A stretch of 63,809 nt of DNA, filler included, from Stramenopiles sp. TOSAG23-3 (taxonomy: Eukaryota): assembly GCA_900128585.1 (NCBI GenBank). It is 11 parts of 11 records of this genome, joined end to end, with 100 filler letters (N's around TTAATTAATTAA, not from the genome) between each part and the next. Parts side by side here need not be neighbours in the genome. Positions count along the whole stretch, not along the records: positions 1 to 6,750 come from LT643259.1; positions 6,851 to 13,599 come from LT643260.1; 9 more parts are not named here. One strand, 5' to 3'. Shown one piece after another: positions 1 to 9,433 of this stretch (positions within the stretch are counted from its first letter, which is position 1; each line of letters begins with the position of its first letter). A model generated the notes under the pieces. The model was not told the DNA's origin. It did not search any database and saw only the letters and a program-made list of their open reading frames with translations. Both the position numbers and the translations under genes were made by a program.

Positions 1-483
1 AAGAAGAAAGAAGAATTTAAAGAAAGAAGAATAGAAGAAGAAAGAAGAATTAAAAGAAAGAAGAAAGAAAGAAAGAAGAAGAAGAAGGAAAGAAGGAGGG
101 TAAAAAAAGAAGAAGAAAGAAGTTGTTCTTTCTATATAGTCCTTTGTTGTTGTTGTAAAAAGATTGCTTTTTTCGTTTTTTTTATTATTATTTTTTGATT
201 TGATGATTGATGGGAGAAGAAGAAAGAAGAAGATGATTGAAAAAGAGAAGAAGAAGGTGGTGGGGTGGAGGATGGTGATATATAAAAATAAATAAAAGAT
301 ATTCTTTATAAAGTTAATAATAATGTTAGAAGAAATGAATTTAATGATTGGAACAAATGGATATCTGAATAATAAACATACACACACACACACACACACA
401 CGAGCCCGTTTTCGTCGTTAGTTTGACCCACGAACCGGCACCGTTTTCTTCTTCCCCTTTCTTCTCCCAAGCGACCTACCTTC

Positions 484-2433
484 ATGGCTGCCACCGTCTT
501 TGTCGTGGATGCGACGCTTTTGGCCCGGGCGGTCTCTTTCGACAGCTGCGAGGAACCGGCCGTGTCAAAGTACCACGCGATTTTGGACGTGTTGAAAAAT
601 TACGTAGTGTACAATATGTTGACCCCAAAGCGAAAGAAGGACGAGCTTGCGTTCGTCCATTCTGGGTATTCCGGAACAGTCGGGGGCGGCGCCGACCCTC
701 CCCTCGATCAGCTCAACACGGCATCAGCGAAAATGTTGAAAACGCTGCAGGGGCTGAAAGACCTGGACGTGGGCAACGTTTCAGGTTTTGCGCTAGTCGA
801 TAGTATAATCCGGGCATGCGAGATGATTCAAGAGCGCGCCTCGGAGCGACCGTGCACGGGCACGAAGATCGTTGTCGTGACCGACGGGCGCGGCCCGTGC
901 ACCGCGGCGCCCGACGGAATGGTCCAGCTGGGGGAGAGCGTTGCATGCGCGATTCAGGCGCTGTCGTGCTCGTTCGAATTCCTCCTTATGGACTGTGGGG
1001 ACGATTTGCTCTCCTCTGAAGCGAAGCCGGAAGCGGGCGTGGCCGAGGCGAACGGCATAAAGTTGGAGAGTGGAGAGGGGGCGGGGGCCGGGCAAGTTCT
1101 GGGAACGTTCCGGTCGAACAATTGGGCGTCCAGGGTTCACGTCATCGATTCATGGCAGAGCTTGAACTGCTCTCTTCCCCACCGGGTGGACTTTTCGCGC
1201 CCAAGAATGGGCACGACGAAGGTGAACGGAGCCTTGTACATTACCCCATCGCTGAAAATAGACGTTAAAACGTACGCCAAAGTGCAGGTAGAGGCGAACC
1301 TGCCGACCGCGTCGAAACTGTCGAGGTTTGCCACCGACGAGAGTTCCATGGGGAAGGTAGAGTCCACCCCCGTTTTCAAGTGCGTGGACAACCCGGACGA
1401 AGAGGTCCCACGGGAGCACGTGGGGGATTCGTTCCCATACGGCGGCACCCTGGTGCCCGTGAACTCGGACGATAAAAAGAAGCTCAAGATGGAGACCGAG
1501 GCTGGCATTCACGTGCTTGGGTTTTACAGCCACACGGAGATCCCGCCGCAGGTCGTCCTCGCGGGCACCGTCGACGTCGTCGTCCCCCCGAGGGGAAACC
1601 ACCGCGCGCAGCAGGCCCTCCGGGCCTTCCAAACGGCGCTGCGAAACCGGAAGTACGTGGCGATGGTAAGGTACGTGAAGAAGAAAGACAACGACCCCGT
1701 CCTCGGGGTGTTAAAGCCGTCGTTTGCTGACCCAGAGGACAATTTTTTGTACCTGTGCACCCTCCCGTTCGAGCAAGACGTTCGTCGCTTCAAGTTCGAC
1801 CCGTTGCCCGCCTCCAGCCTGACCCCGGAAGAAAAGGCCGCGGCCCTCGGCATCGTCGACGCGCTCAGCTTGGAGCAGGGCAGGCCCGGGCGGAGCGTCC
1901 CGCACGCCCCGGAGCACGTGTACAACCCAGTAACGGAGCACTTTCGGTCCTGCTTGGCAGACCGCGCGCTCCTGGGGCGAGATTGCGAGCTGCCGGACAA
2001 GATGCCGCCCCGTTTGGCCGAGGCCTATCGGGCCAACAAAGCCATGCTCGAGAAGTCGGCGGAGCAGCTGAACAAATTCGCAAGCACGTTCCAGGTGGAG
2101 GAACGGACTTCGGTAAAGCGCGGGTGGGGCACCCTTAAGGGCGGCAAAGAGAAGGACCCAGGCCCGTACAGAAAGAACCCCAGGATACTGGACGAGAAAG
2201 CCAAGCTGAAAAACCAGTTCGGGCTCACAGGTACCCAGGCAGGAGCGGGCGGTGGGCAGCCTGCCGAGACAAGCAGAAGGGACGTGGAGGACAGCCTGTT
2301 TGCGCCTTCGAACAAACCGAACAACGCTTCAGAACTTTTTGGCGTGTCCTCGGAGAAGGCTCAGGCAAAAACGGACCAACCGGAGACGGTCATGTTGGAC
2401 GACGACGATGACGACGACGATGAATTGGAGTGA
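484..2433 (+). CDS. KU80: Ku80-like NHEJ DNA end-binding protein
   Basis: N-terminal vWA-like strand (ATVFVVD; KIVVVTDG), Ku beta-barrel motifs (FPYGGTLVPV, AMVRYVKKKD-DPVLGVLKP, LPFEQDVRRFKF), 'PEHVYNP', acidic C-terminal tail. Confidence 0.88.
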   Translation: MAATVFVVDATLLARAVSFDSCEEPAVSKYHAILDVLKNYVVYNMLTPKRKKDELAFVHSGYSGTVGGGADPPLDQLNTASAKMLKTLQGLKDLDVGNVSGFALVDSIIRACEMIQERASERPCTGTKIVVVTDGRGPCTAAPDGMVQLGESVACAIQALSCSFEFLLMDCGDDLLSSEAKPEAGVAEANGIKLESGEGAGAGQVLGTFRSNNWASRVHVIDSWQSLNCSLPHRVDFSRPRMGTTKVNGALYITPSLKIDVKTYAKVQVEANLPTASKLSRFATDESSMGKVESTPVFKCVDNPDEEVPREHVGDSFPYGGTLVPVNSDDKKKLKMETEAGIHVLGFYSHTEIPPQVVLAGTVDVVVPPRGNHRAQQALRAFQTALRNRKYVAMVRYVKKKDNDPVLGVLKPSFADPEDNFLYLCTLPFEQDVRRFKFDPLPASSLTPEEKAAALGIVDALSLEQGRPGRSVPHAPEHVYNPVTEHFRSCLADRALLGRDCELPDKMPPRLAEAYRANKAMLEKSAEQLNKFASTFQVEERTSVKRGWGTLKGGKEKDPGPYRKNPRILDEKAKLKNQFGLTGTQAGAGGGQPAETSRRDVEDSLFAPSNKPNNASELFGVSSEKAQAKTDQPETVMLDDDDDDDDELE

Positions 2434-2759
2434 TGAGGGAAACGTTTATTTTGATGGTCCAAAAACTAAATGACCTTTATAACTATTTAAATTAAATAAC
2501 AAGGATACGAAAAAATAATCAAATAATAATTATTAATATTTAAAATATAATGATGGTTGTTGGTGCTGTGGTGGTTGTTGTTAGTGCTGCTGTTTTTTCT
2601 TCTCTCCCTTTTTTGTTTGTTTTGAACTTTTGATGAATAAGACCACGATGATTGTACATCTTGCAACTGAAAAAGAAGAAATGGATTTTTTTCACGCACA
2701 TCTTAGAGCAGGAGGCACCCTATCTTGGTTGTGCCCCCCCCGCCCCCAAAACACATTAG

Positions 2760-3908
2760 ATGGTGTTTACCAAAGTGCGACCCGTACGTGAGGTGCCCTG
2801 CAATCGTGCAGTCGTCGTGGCATTCCTGTGCCTTCTTGTGGGGGCTGCAAGGGGTGCGCCCCTGGGGTTCAATGGATTGGATATCATTGAGTGTGCTGCT
2901 TTGAACGGTTCGTCTCCGTGCAAAGCAATGGGGACAGCAACATACTCAACTGAATACGACAGTTTAGATCGAGACGGTTCCGCCCGCTTTAGAACAGAGT
3001 TTCGTTTCGTGAGTGAAGACAATTTAATCGCATTCGAGAACGCACCCTTTTCATACCTTCCAAAATACGGCGGGTTCTGTGCGTGGGCCATCTCAAGCTT
3101 CAACGGCACGACGACGTCAAAAGCACCGTGGTCCCGTGATTGGTTAGGACCGCCTGTGGATTTGTTAAACTCGTGGCGTTTCGTAAAAAACGCACAGACC
3201 GGGCTGACGTCGCTTTATTTGTTCGGTGGAGAGGAGGGCTTGCAACAATTTTTGAAGGGTTTGCCAGAAACTGCCGAGAAGGCTGACAAATTATGGAAGT
3301 TTTGGTGGGGCAAGCACGGGGTAGAGCCACCTTACGCAATCGATGGTGGACCGTTTAACTCTGCATGCTTCACTGCCACTCTGGGGGAAGGAGATGGAAG
3401 CGAAGCGTTGAGAGATTGCCAAAAAAATCCGCAACCGTTGCCACCCCCCGGACTGTCGGTCCCACCCCCTCAAAAAAGTTCTTCTCAAACGGTCATTTTG
3501 ATCAGACACGGAGAGAAAGATGGTGGGAATGACCTGAGCCCACGCGGCTACCAACGAGCCCAGTGCCTCCCAAAACATTTTGCCGACGTCAACATTACCC
3601 ACTTGTATGCGTACACGGACCACCCCTCCAAACGTTCAGTGGAAACGTTGACCCCATTATCAGACGCAATCCATGTTCCAATCGACACAAAAACGAAGAG
3701 GGACGATGTACTTGGACTGGTCAATCGGATCGCAGCTCTCCCTTCGAATTCAATTGTGTTGGTCTGTTGGGAGCATAAGGTACTTAAACAGATCGCACTA
3801 GCGTTGGGAGTAAGTGATCCCCCAGACTACCCAAGTCATGTCTACGATACGGAATGGACGATTATGGAACACGGTGAAAAGATGATCAAAAGTCAGGAAG
3901 GGTGCTGA
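2760..3908 (+). CDS. Secreted fusion: YHS-like domain plus histidine phosphatase (phosphoglycerate mutase-like) domain
   Basis: Hydrophobic signal (VVVAFLCLLVGAARG); FRFVSEDNLIAFENAPFSYLPKYGGFCAWAIS matches the YHS-associated family; Pro-rich linker; LIRHGEK...LSPRGYQRAQCL...RSVETLTPL...LVCWEHK histidine phosphatase motifs. Confidence 0.75.
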   Translation: MVFTKVRPVREVPCNRAVVVAFLCLLVGAARGAPLGFNGLDIIECAALNGSSPCKAMGTATYSTEYDSLDRDGSARFRTEFRFVSEDNLIAFENAPFSYLPKYGGFCAWAISSFNGTTTSKAPWSRDWLGPPVDLLNSWRFVKNAQTGLTSLYLFGGEEGLQQFLKGLPETAEKADKLWKFWWGKHGVEPPYAIDGGPFNSACFTATLGEGDGSEALRDCQKNPQPLPPPGLSVPPPQKSSSQTVILIRHGEKDGGNDLSPRGYQRAQCLPKHFADVNITHLYAYTDHPSKRSVETLTPLSDAIHVPIDTKTKRDDVLGLVNRIAALPSNSIVLVCWEHKVLKQIALALGVSDPPDYPSHVYDTEWTIMEHGEKMIKSQEGC

Positions 3909-4140
3909 ACGCTTTTGCGAAAGATCTATAGAGCGCATGTAGAGACGGACTCACGTCGACCGCGAAATAATTTTTGCACACATCACATTATCCTCCTTGA
4001 AAACAAAAAATTGGCAGTTACGTCCTCCTTATATTACATAAAATTACAGAGTGGTGTGGTAGAGTGTTAGACGTTTTTTGTTGACATACGCAACATTCTT
4101 TACACCGTGTCCTACCTGCACACTCCTTCGCGTCGCATCC

Positions 4141-6750
4141 TTACCTCCTGGAGCGCCTTTTACCGCTGCCGCCCCCTCTGTTCTTCTTTCTCTCTCGTTC
4201 CCTCAACATTTTCTCTTTCCGCCGCTGCTTCCGGCTGCGACTGCGCGAGTCATCGTCGCTGCTTTCGTCCGAGTCGCTGCTGTCAAACATTCGACGGTTC
4301 TTTGGCACCCGTATCCCGATGTCCGCCTCTTCATCACTGTCTTCTTCCTCGCTGCTGCCGCTGCTCTCGTCGTAATGAGCGCCATGGATATTCTCGCCTT
4401 TGTAATAAATGGAGAACACATCGTTTTTCCGGGTATGGCTCTTCAAAACGAGGCAGTAGGGTCCATTTTTGTACTCTTCGTCCCCTGTTTCTTCGAGGAG
4501 ACTTTTAATGTCCCACTCCATGTCTCCTTCCTTCTGCTTCTCCATTATCTTCTCCTTGTCCCCGGCATGGTCGTCGCTGTGCAGTATCCAGACGAGCGCT
4601 TCGTCAAGGTTGCTCAGCGAGAACGAGTTGAACAGCGTCTTCGGGGGAATGTTGTCAACGAAGGACCGGCTGCAGAAAAAGAACTTGATCTCTTCCATGC
4701 AATGCTGTCGAAGCTTCTCGCGAAATTTGTAGGACGTGATCGAAAGGTTGTTCAGCAGTTTGACGTGCTCGTAGACCAGCCAGGAGAACGTTGCCCTTGG
4801 GTGGCCGTCCTCTTCCTGGTGGGTGATCAGCTCTTTAAAACGGTTCACGTAACAGCTGAGCCGGTTTTTTGTCCACAGGGGAATGTTCGCCACCGTTTCC
4901 CCAAAGGATTCGTAGACATGGCCGCTCTTGTGGTTTACGCCGTGTTCGACCAACAGCTTGATCTGGTTGACGATCAGGACTTGCAGTGTGTCAATTTTAC
5001 GGATGAAATAGTTGTGCTCTTTCACGTCCTCGTCGTCGCGCTCGTCCTCTAAGTCTAAATCGCTGTCGCTGTCCGAATCGTGCGCCATTTGCCGCATGAT
5101 TCTGTCCCTCTCTTGCTCCCTCGTGCCAACGCCACCGTACTCTTCGTCACTGGGATACATTTCTTCGTGCGAGTACTGTTGCTGAAAGATCAGCGCCTCG
5201 CGTTCGGCCACCCGGGTTTTCGCTTGCTCCCACCGTGGCGCGGTCATCATAAGGGCGTTCCCAAGCATGCTGCCCATGCGGTTCAACCGGTTTCCGTTCG
5301 AGTCGAGCTCGTGCGACGTTGGGCTGGACACCTGGCGGGGCCCTCCCGCCCTTTCCGGGGTCGTCAGCAAGTTCGCAAGGTCCCTGTTCGACACGTTCAG
5401 CCCCTTGCTTTTCGCTTCGGACCAAGTCGGGGGCACGTTGACGGCGGATGCCCGGCGCGGCCCGTGGGACCAAATGTGCATCATGCTGTTCGATCGGTGA
5501 ACACGGCCGGGCGAGATGTGGGTGTGCTGGTGCCCCGTCTCGCTGTCCACGCCCCCAGTCGGCCCGTAAGTGTTCTGGTCGTTCGAACCGTTCTCGGAAT
5601 CGCTCGCATCGATGTCTCGCTTGGAGACCTGCTTCATCAAGTTCAGGAAGCTGCCGTGGTCGTCGTAGTACTCTTCGTGGGACATGTGATTTAGCACGCT
5701 GCTGCCGCCCCCGATCGTTCGGGTGGGGGATTGGTGCGGCGACACCGTGGTCCCCCCGCTGCTGCGAACGCTGCTCATCATCAAGTTCAAATGCCCTGCC
5801 GTGGACTTCAGAGACCTCCTGATGACGTTGCCCACGTGGTCCTCCGGGCGCTCGGTGTGCTTCTGGATTTCGCTCTCTGCCTGTTTCGACAATACTTTCA
5901 GCTGGTGCTGTTTCTTCTGCTCCTGCAGCACGCGGGAGGCCTTCGTCGCCGCGCTCTTCCGGTAGTCGAGGGTAAAAATTTCCACCAACCCCCCGAACGT
6001 GTACGGGCGCGGAACGAGAAGGTTCAGCCTCTTGTCCAGGGTTTCACTGTTGAAGAGTGCCGCGTGGATGACGCTGAGCATGGCGTAGACGAGTTTCAAT
6101 TGGCTGGCGCGGGACAGGTCGGTATCGTTCGCTTGCAGGTGGGCCAAGTGCTTGAGCACAAAGCGCAGCATTTTCCCCGAGTCGAAGAACAGCTCTTTGA
6201 TGCGGCGATCGTGAAGCAGCGCCTCTTGCACTTCCAGCAGGAGCTCCGCGCACTTTTGCGCCTGGTGCGGGTTGCCGTGAACTTTTGTTTGTAGGATCTC
6301 CTCTTCCAACTCATTGTACAAGCCCCGGCAGTCCGACCGGTGCACTTCCATCTGTATGGAGACCGGTACGTTCTGCGCGAAGCGGATGGCGTGGTTCTCG
6401 TACGCCCGGTTCAGGTGCCAGAACAGCTTCGATTCCTCTTCCCACGTGTAGAATTCCAGAAAGCCCACTTCGGGGTCCCTGTGGGTTATTTTCAGGTGCT
6501 GCGTGCACCGGTTCAAGCGCTTGTTCGTGAAAATGTCCGCGGCTATCTTGTCCAGCCGCTCGATCCGGGTAATCTCCTTCAAGAGCCAGGGGGCGTCTAT
6601 TTCCTTTCGGTAGTTTTTATGTATCAGAATATGGATCCTGTCTTCCGACAGGGCAAGCACGCGGTGCTTTTTTACTGCGCTCCGGCTGTCTACCAGCACA
6701 ATTGTTTCGTAGTGCCGCAGGGAAGAGTACGCTTCTTCGCTGAGCACGCG
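4141..6750 (-). CDS. C12orf56 (DUF4551)-like protein, 5'-truncated by contig end
   Basis: LSEEAYSSLRHYETIVLV...VLALSEDRIHIL...TQHLKITH and RASQLKLVYAMLSVIHAALFNSETLDKRLNLL resemble human C12orf56 as I recall it; ORF runs into the N spacer. Confidence 0.65.
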   Translation of the reverse strand, partial: RVLSEEAYSSLRHYETIVLVDSRSAVKKHRVLALSEDRIHILIHKNYRKEIDAPWLLKEITRIERLDKIAADIFTNKRLNRCTQHLKITHRDPEVGFLEFYTWEEESKLFWHLNRAYENHAIRFAQNVPVSIQMEVHRSDCRGLYNELEEEILQTKVHGNPHQAQKCAELLLEVQEALLHDRRIKELFFDSGKMLRFVLKHLAHLQANDTDLSRASQLKLVYAMLSVIHAALFNSETLDKRLNLLVPRPYTFGGLVEIFTLDYRKSAATKASRVLQEQKKQHQLKVLSKQAESEIQKHTERPEDHVGNVIRRSLKSTAGHLNLMMSSVRSSGGTTVSPHQSPTRTIGGGSSVLNHMSHEEYYDDHGSFLNLMKQVSKRDIDASDSENGSNDQNTYGPTGGVDSETGHQHTHISPGRVHRSNSMMHIWSHGPRRASAVNVPPTWSEAKSKGLNVSNRDLANLLTTPERAGGPRQVSSPTSHELDSNGNRLNRMGSMLGNALMMTAPRWEQAKTRVAEREALIFQQQYSHEEMYPSDEEYGGVGTREQERDRIMRQMAHDSDSDSDLDLEDERDDEDVKEHNYFIRKIDTLQVLIVNQIKLLVEHGVNHKSGHVYESFGETVANIPLWTKNRLSCYVNRFKELITHQEEDGHPRATFSWLVYEHVKLLNNLSITSYKFREKLRQHCMEEIKFFFCSRSFVDNIPPKTLFNSFSLSNLDEALVWILHSDDHAGDKEKIMEKQKEGDMEWDIKSLLEETGDEEYKNGPYCLVLKSHTRKNDVFSIYYKGENIHGAHYDESSGSSEEEDSDEEADIGIRVPKNRRMFDSSDSDESSDDDSRSRSRKQRRKEKMLRERERKKNRGGGSGKRRSRR

Positions 6751-6850
6751 NNNNNNNNNNNNNNNNNNNNNNNNNNNNNNNNNNNNNNNNNNNNTTAATT
6801 AATTAANNNNNNNNNNNNNNNNNNNNNNNNNNNNNNNNNNNNNNNNNNNN
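6751..6850. other. Artificial contig spacer N44-TTAATTAATTAA-N44 (also 13600-13699, 20448-20547, 27293-27392, 34136-34235, 40972-41071, 47797-47896, 54620-54719, 61438-61537, 62624-62723)
   Basis: Identical 100-nt six-frame-stop linkers; contig lengths 6750, 6749, 6748, 6745, 6743, 6736, 6725, 6723, 6718, 1086, 1086. Confidence 0.98.
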
Positions 6851-6878
6851 TGTTTTAAAAAATTTTATTTAAAAAATC

Positions 6879-7799
6879 TTATTGTTGAGATCTAAAGATT
6901 ACTTCCTCTTCTTCCTGGACTGAGACGCGTTGCAACCTGCGCCCCCTCAACCTGTTCTTGTTTCTAGCCTCTCGCGCGTCCTTCATGTCTTGCTCCAGCG
7001 CCATGTCCTCCTCCAACAGTTTTTGTCGCCGTTCCTGTTCTTGCACGTACAAGTTGACCAAGTAAATTGACCCGAGGATGAACAGTGTGCAGAATATACT
7101 GCAGAAGAGGCACCATTTGATCGCCTTTTTCCTCCTGCGCCTGCGTTCTTCACGTTTTCGGATGGTTTTCTGCGTGTACTCTTTCCACGCGACAAAGTTC
7201 TGTTGCAGCACATTTCCCACGAAAAGCCTTTTTGCCTTTTCCAACTGCTTGGCTTTGAAGACTTTCATTTCGTGAACGAGTTTCTTCTGCTCTAATTTCG
7301 CTTCTTTCTCAAGCTTCTTCTTTGCGAGTTTCTCCTTTTCTAATTTTATCGCTTCGTCCATCTTGGCTCCCCGCCGCTGCACCTCCCGGTTCATTTTCAC
7401 CTCCAATCCCAAACGTATGCGTTCCCATTCGCTCACGTCTATCAGTCGCTGTGTGTTGTACCACGCCTTGTAGCTCTCCTGCTTTTCAAATTCTATTTTT
7501 TCTTCGTACAAGGCGTGATCTCTTCCCACCCGCTCGTATTTGAACGATTTCGGAAGTTTCTTCCGTTTTTTCTTGCTCTTTATGGTCCGGGGGGTTGTGC
7601 TGTTCGCCTTCTTGGCCCGCTGCGGATTGTGGACGACCTTTGAAGTGGAGCATGCCCCCTTCTCCCGCTGCTTCACGTTGTAGTTTGTCGGGCTTGCTGC
7701 CGAAGTCGTTGCTTGCAGCCCGCCAGGCGACCCCCGGGTCGTCTTCCTGCCGATCCCATTGCGAGGCGGCGAAACGTAAGGGCTAAGTGTTTTCGGCAT
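6879..7799 (-). CDS. Uncharacterised basic coiled-coil protein with one TM helix
   Basis: 306-aa ORF with ATG and stop in AT-rich flanks; K/E coiled coil; hydrophobic WCLFCSIFCTLFILGSIYLVNLY. Confidence 0.7.
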   Translation of the reverse strand: MPKTLSPYVSPPRNGIGRKTTRGSPGGLQATTSAASPTNYNVKQREKGACSTSKVVHNPQRAKKANSTTPRTIKSKKKRKKLPKSFKYERVGRDHALYEEKIEFEKQESYKAWYNTQRLIDVSEWERIRLGLEVKMNREVQRRGAKMDEAIKLEKEKLAKKKLEKEAKLEQKKLVHEMKVFKAKQLEKAKRLFVGNVLQQNFVAWKEYTQKTIRKREERRRRRKKAIKWCLFCSIFCTLFILGSIYLVNLYVQEQERRQKLLEEDMALEQDMKDAREARNKNRLRGRRLQRVSVQEEEEVIFRSQQ

Positions 7800-8504
7800 C
7801 CTCCCTCAGCAGAACGAACTGTATATTTCTCTCTATAATGTACGAAACAGACTATATAAAGAAGTTGTTGATGAAGAAAAAAACCCGTCTTTTTTTTTCT
7901 GCCTGCAAAGATGGGGAAGGTTTAAGTGAATGTGTTTAAATGCAACCATTTAATCGTTCAACAGTATATTATCTATTTTTTTACCCACCTCCATATCCCT
8001 CCTCCTTTTATTCCCTTATTATAAAATATAAAATATATAAATACATCATACTTCTTACTACACCATTGAGGAGTAAAAAGTAGAAAAAAAATAGAAACGA
8101 ATAAATAAAAAAATTAAATAAAAATTAAAAATAAAAATAGGATCTTCTACAAATAGGTACAGGTATACAGGCCTGTACCAGGTATAATACTTAGTACGAC
8201 GGTACAGAGGTTCACAACGTAGAATAATAATAATAATATTTATGAGTGAGTGAATGAGAAGAAGAAAGAAAGAAAGAAAGAAATAATAACGAAAGAAAGA
8301 AAGAAAGAAAGAAAGAAAGAAAAAAAAATATAATAATAATAAAAAAATAAAAAAGATTTCTATTCTTTCTTCTCTTTCATTTATATATTACTACATTACT
8401 CTTTTCTTTTTCCTATTCACACAACAAACGATTAATTTACTTAACTTTAGACCTTAGGGACTTTTAGACGACGAACTGTGTGCGTGCGTGTATGAGAGAA
8501 AGAA

Positions 8505-9182
8505 ATGCGTCTTTTAAAAAAATGGGACATGGTCTCCTTTCTTTTGCTGTGGGTGGGAATTTGTAGTATGGGGGGACGGGTTCACGCTCGAGGTCGTGCA
8601 TTGCGCGGCCCGGTGCCCGAAGAGGGCGACAACGCGGAGAAGAAATTAGAATTTAAATTAGAGGAAAAGATAATGAAGGATGACATTCGATTGAATAGAG
8701 TGAACCGGATAATCAAACGATTTAAGTCGGGGGAGGGACGGGCAGCGTCGACGGGGAACAGCGAAGCTTCAGTTGGGAACGCGACGGAGAAGAAGAACTC
8801 GGGCGACGCAGGGGTGATAGACAACACGGCCTCGGGAAACACGACCGTCGCCTTGCCCAAGCTAAGCTGGACGAGGGCCATGATGAAACGGGCCAGCAAT
8901 GCCACGGATATGCCGACGAAGATGGACCTTGAAAACAACAAAAACAAGGGGGAAGAGGCCAGGGGCAATTCTACGAACACTTTGACGGAGCCCGGCGCCG
9001 CTTTGGGCGGTGGGCTACAGGACAACTCGGCCCGGCCGCGTCCGTTGCCAAAGATACAGGGAGAATCATTTGCCGCCCCTTACATGAAGACGGGAGAATT
9101 GGACTCGGACGATGGTTTCGATGACTACGGTATCATGGCCAGTCCTGGCGGCAAGGACTGGCCAGTCCCCACCACCACATGA
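8505..9182 (+). CDS. Uncharacterised secreted protein with RxLR/LRG-like motif
   Basis: Signal peptide (VSFLLLWVGICSMGG) followed by ARGRALRGP; several N-x-S/T sequons. Confidence 0.7.
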   Translation: MRLLKKWDMVSFLLLWVGICSMGGRVHARGRALRGPVPEEGDNAEKKLEFKLEEKIMKDDIRLNRVNRIIKRFKSGEGRAASTGNSEASVGNATEKKNSGDAGVIDNTASGNTTVALPKLSWTRAMMKRASNATDMPTKMDLENNKNKGEEARGNSTNTLTEPGAALGGGLQDNSARPRPLPKIQGESFAAPYMKTGELDSDDGFDDYGIMASPGGKDWPVPTTT

Positions 9183-9211
9183 AGAGAAGCTAAAATATTT
9201 AAATCTATATG

Positions 9212-9264
9212 ATATTAAAAACAAGAAAATTGGCTGTTATTTAAGTTTAATTAAATTTAGCTTC
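9212..9264 (+). repeat. Dispersed conserved intergenic element, long copy
   Basis: atattaaaaacaagaaaattggctgttatttaagtttaattaaatttagcttc; near-identical to 13516-13565. Confidence 0.85.
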
Positions 9265-9433
9265 CTCATACCCTAATCCTATTAATCCCACAAAATGTAC
9301 ACCTTGTATTGATTTTAAAATTATAAATCAAAATAAAGTTTTATAACTTTTGTTTTTAAATTAATTAAAAATGAATCTTTTAAAGAATTTGACCTCGCCC
9401 CACCACAAAAAAAAACAATTGCTTTTTTTTCTC

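Noticed and set aside
3906-3908. Cys-TGA at the end of the YHS-phosphatase gene as possible C-terminal Sec
   Set aside because: No convincing SECIS seen downstream, and the domain appears complete at this point
4078-6294. Long + strand ORFs (324, 204, 187 aa) opposite the C12orf56-like gene, and similar antisense ORFs at 14128-15087, 19030-19896 and 59283-60750
   Set aside because: Shadow ORFs expected from GC3-rich codon usage; no recognisable motifs
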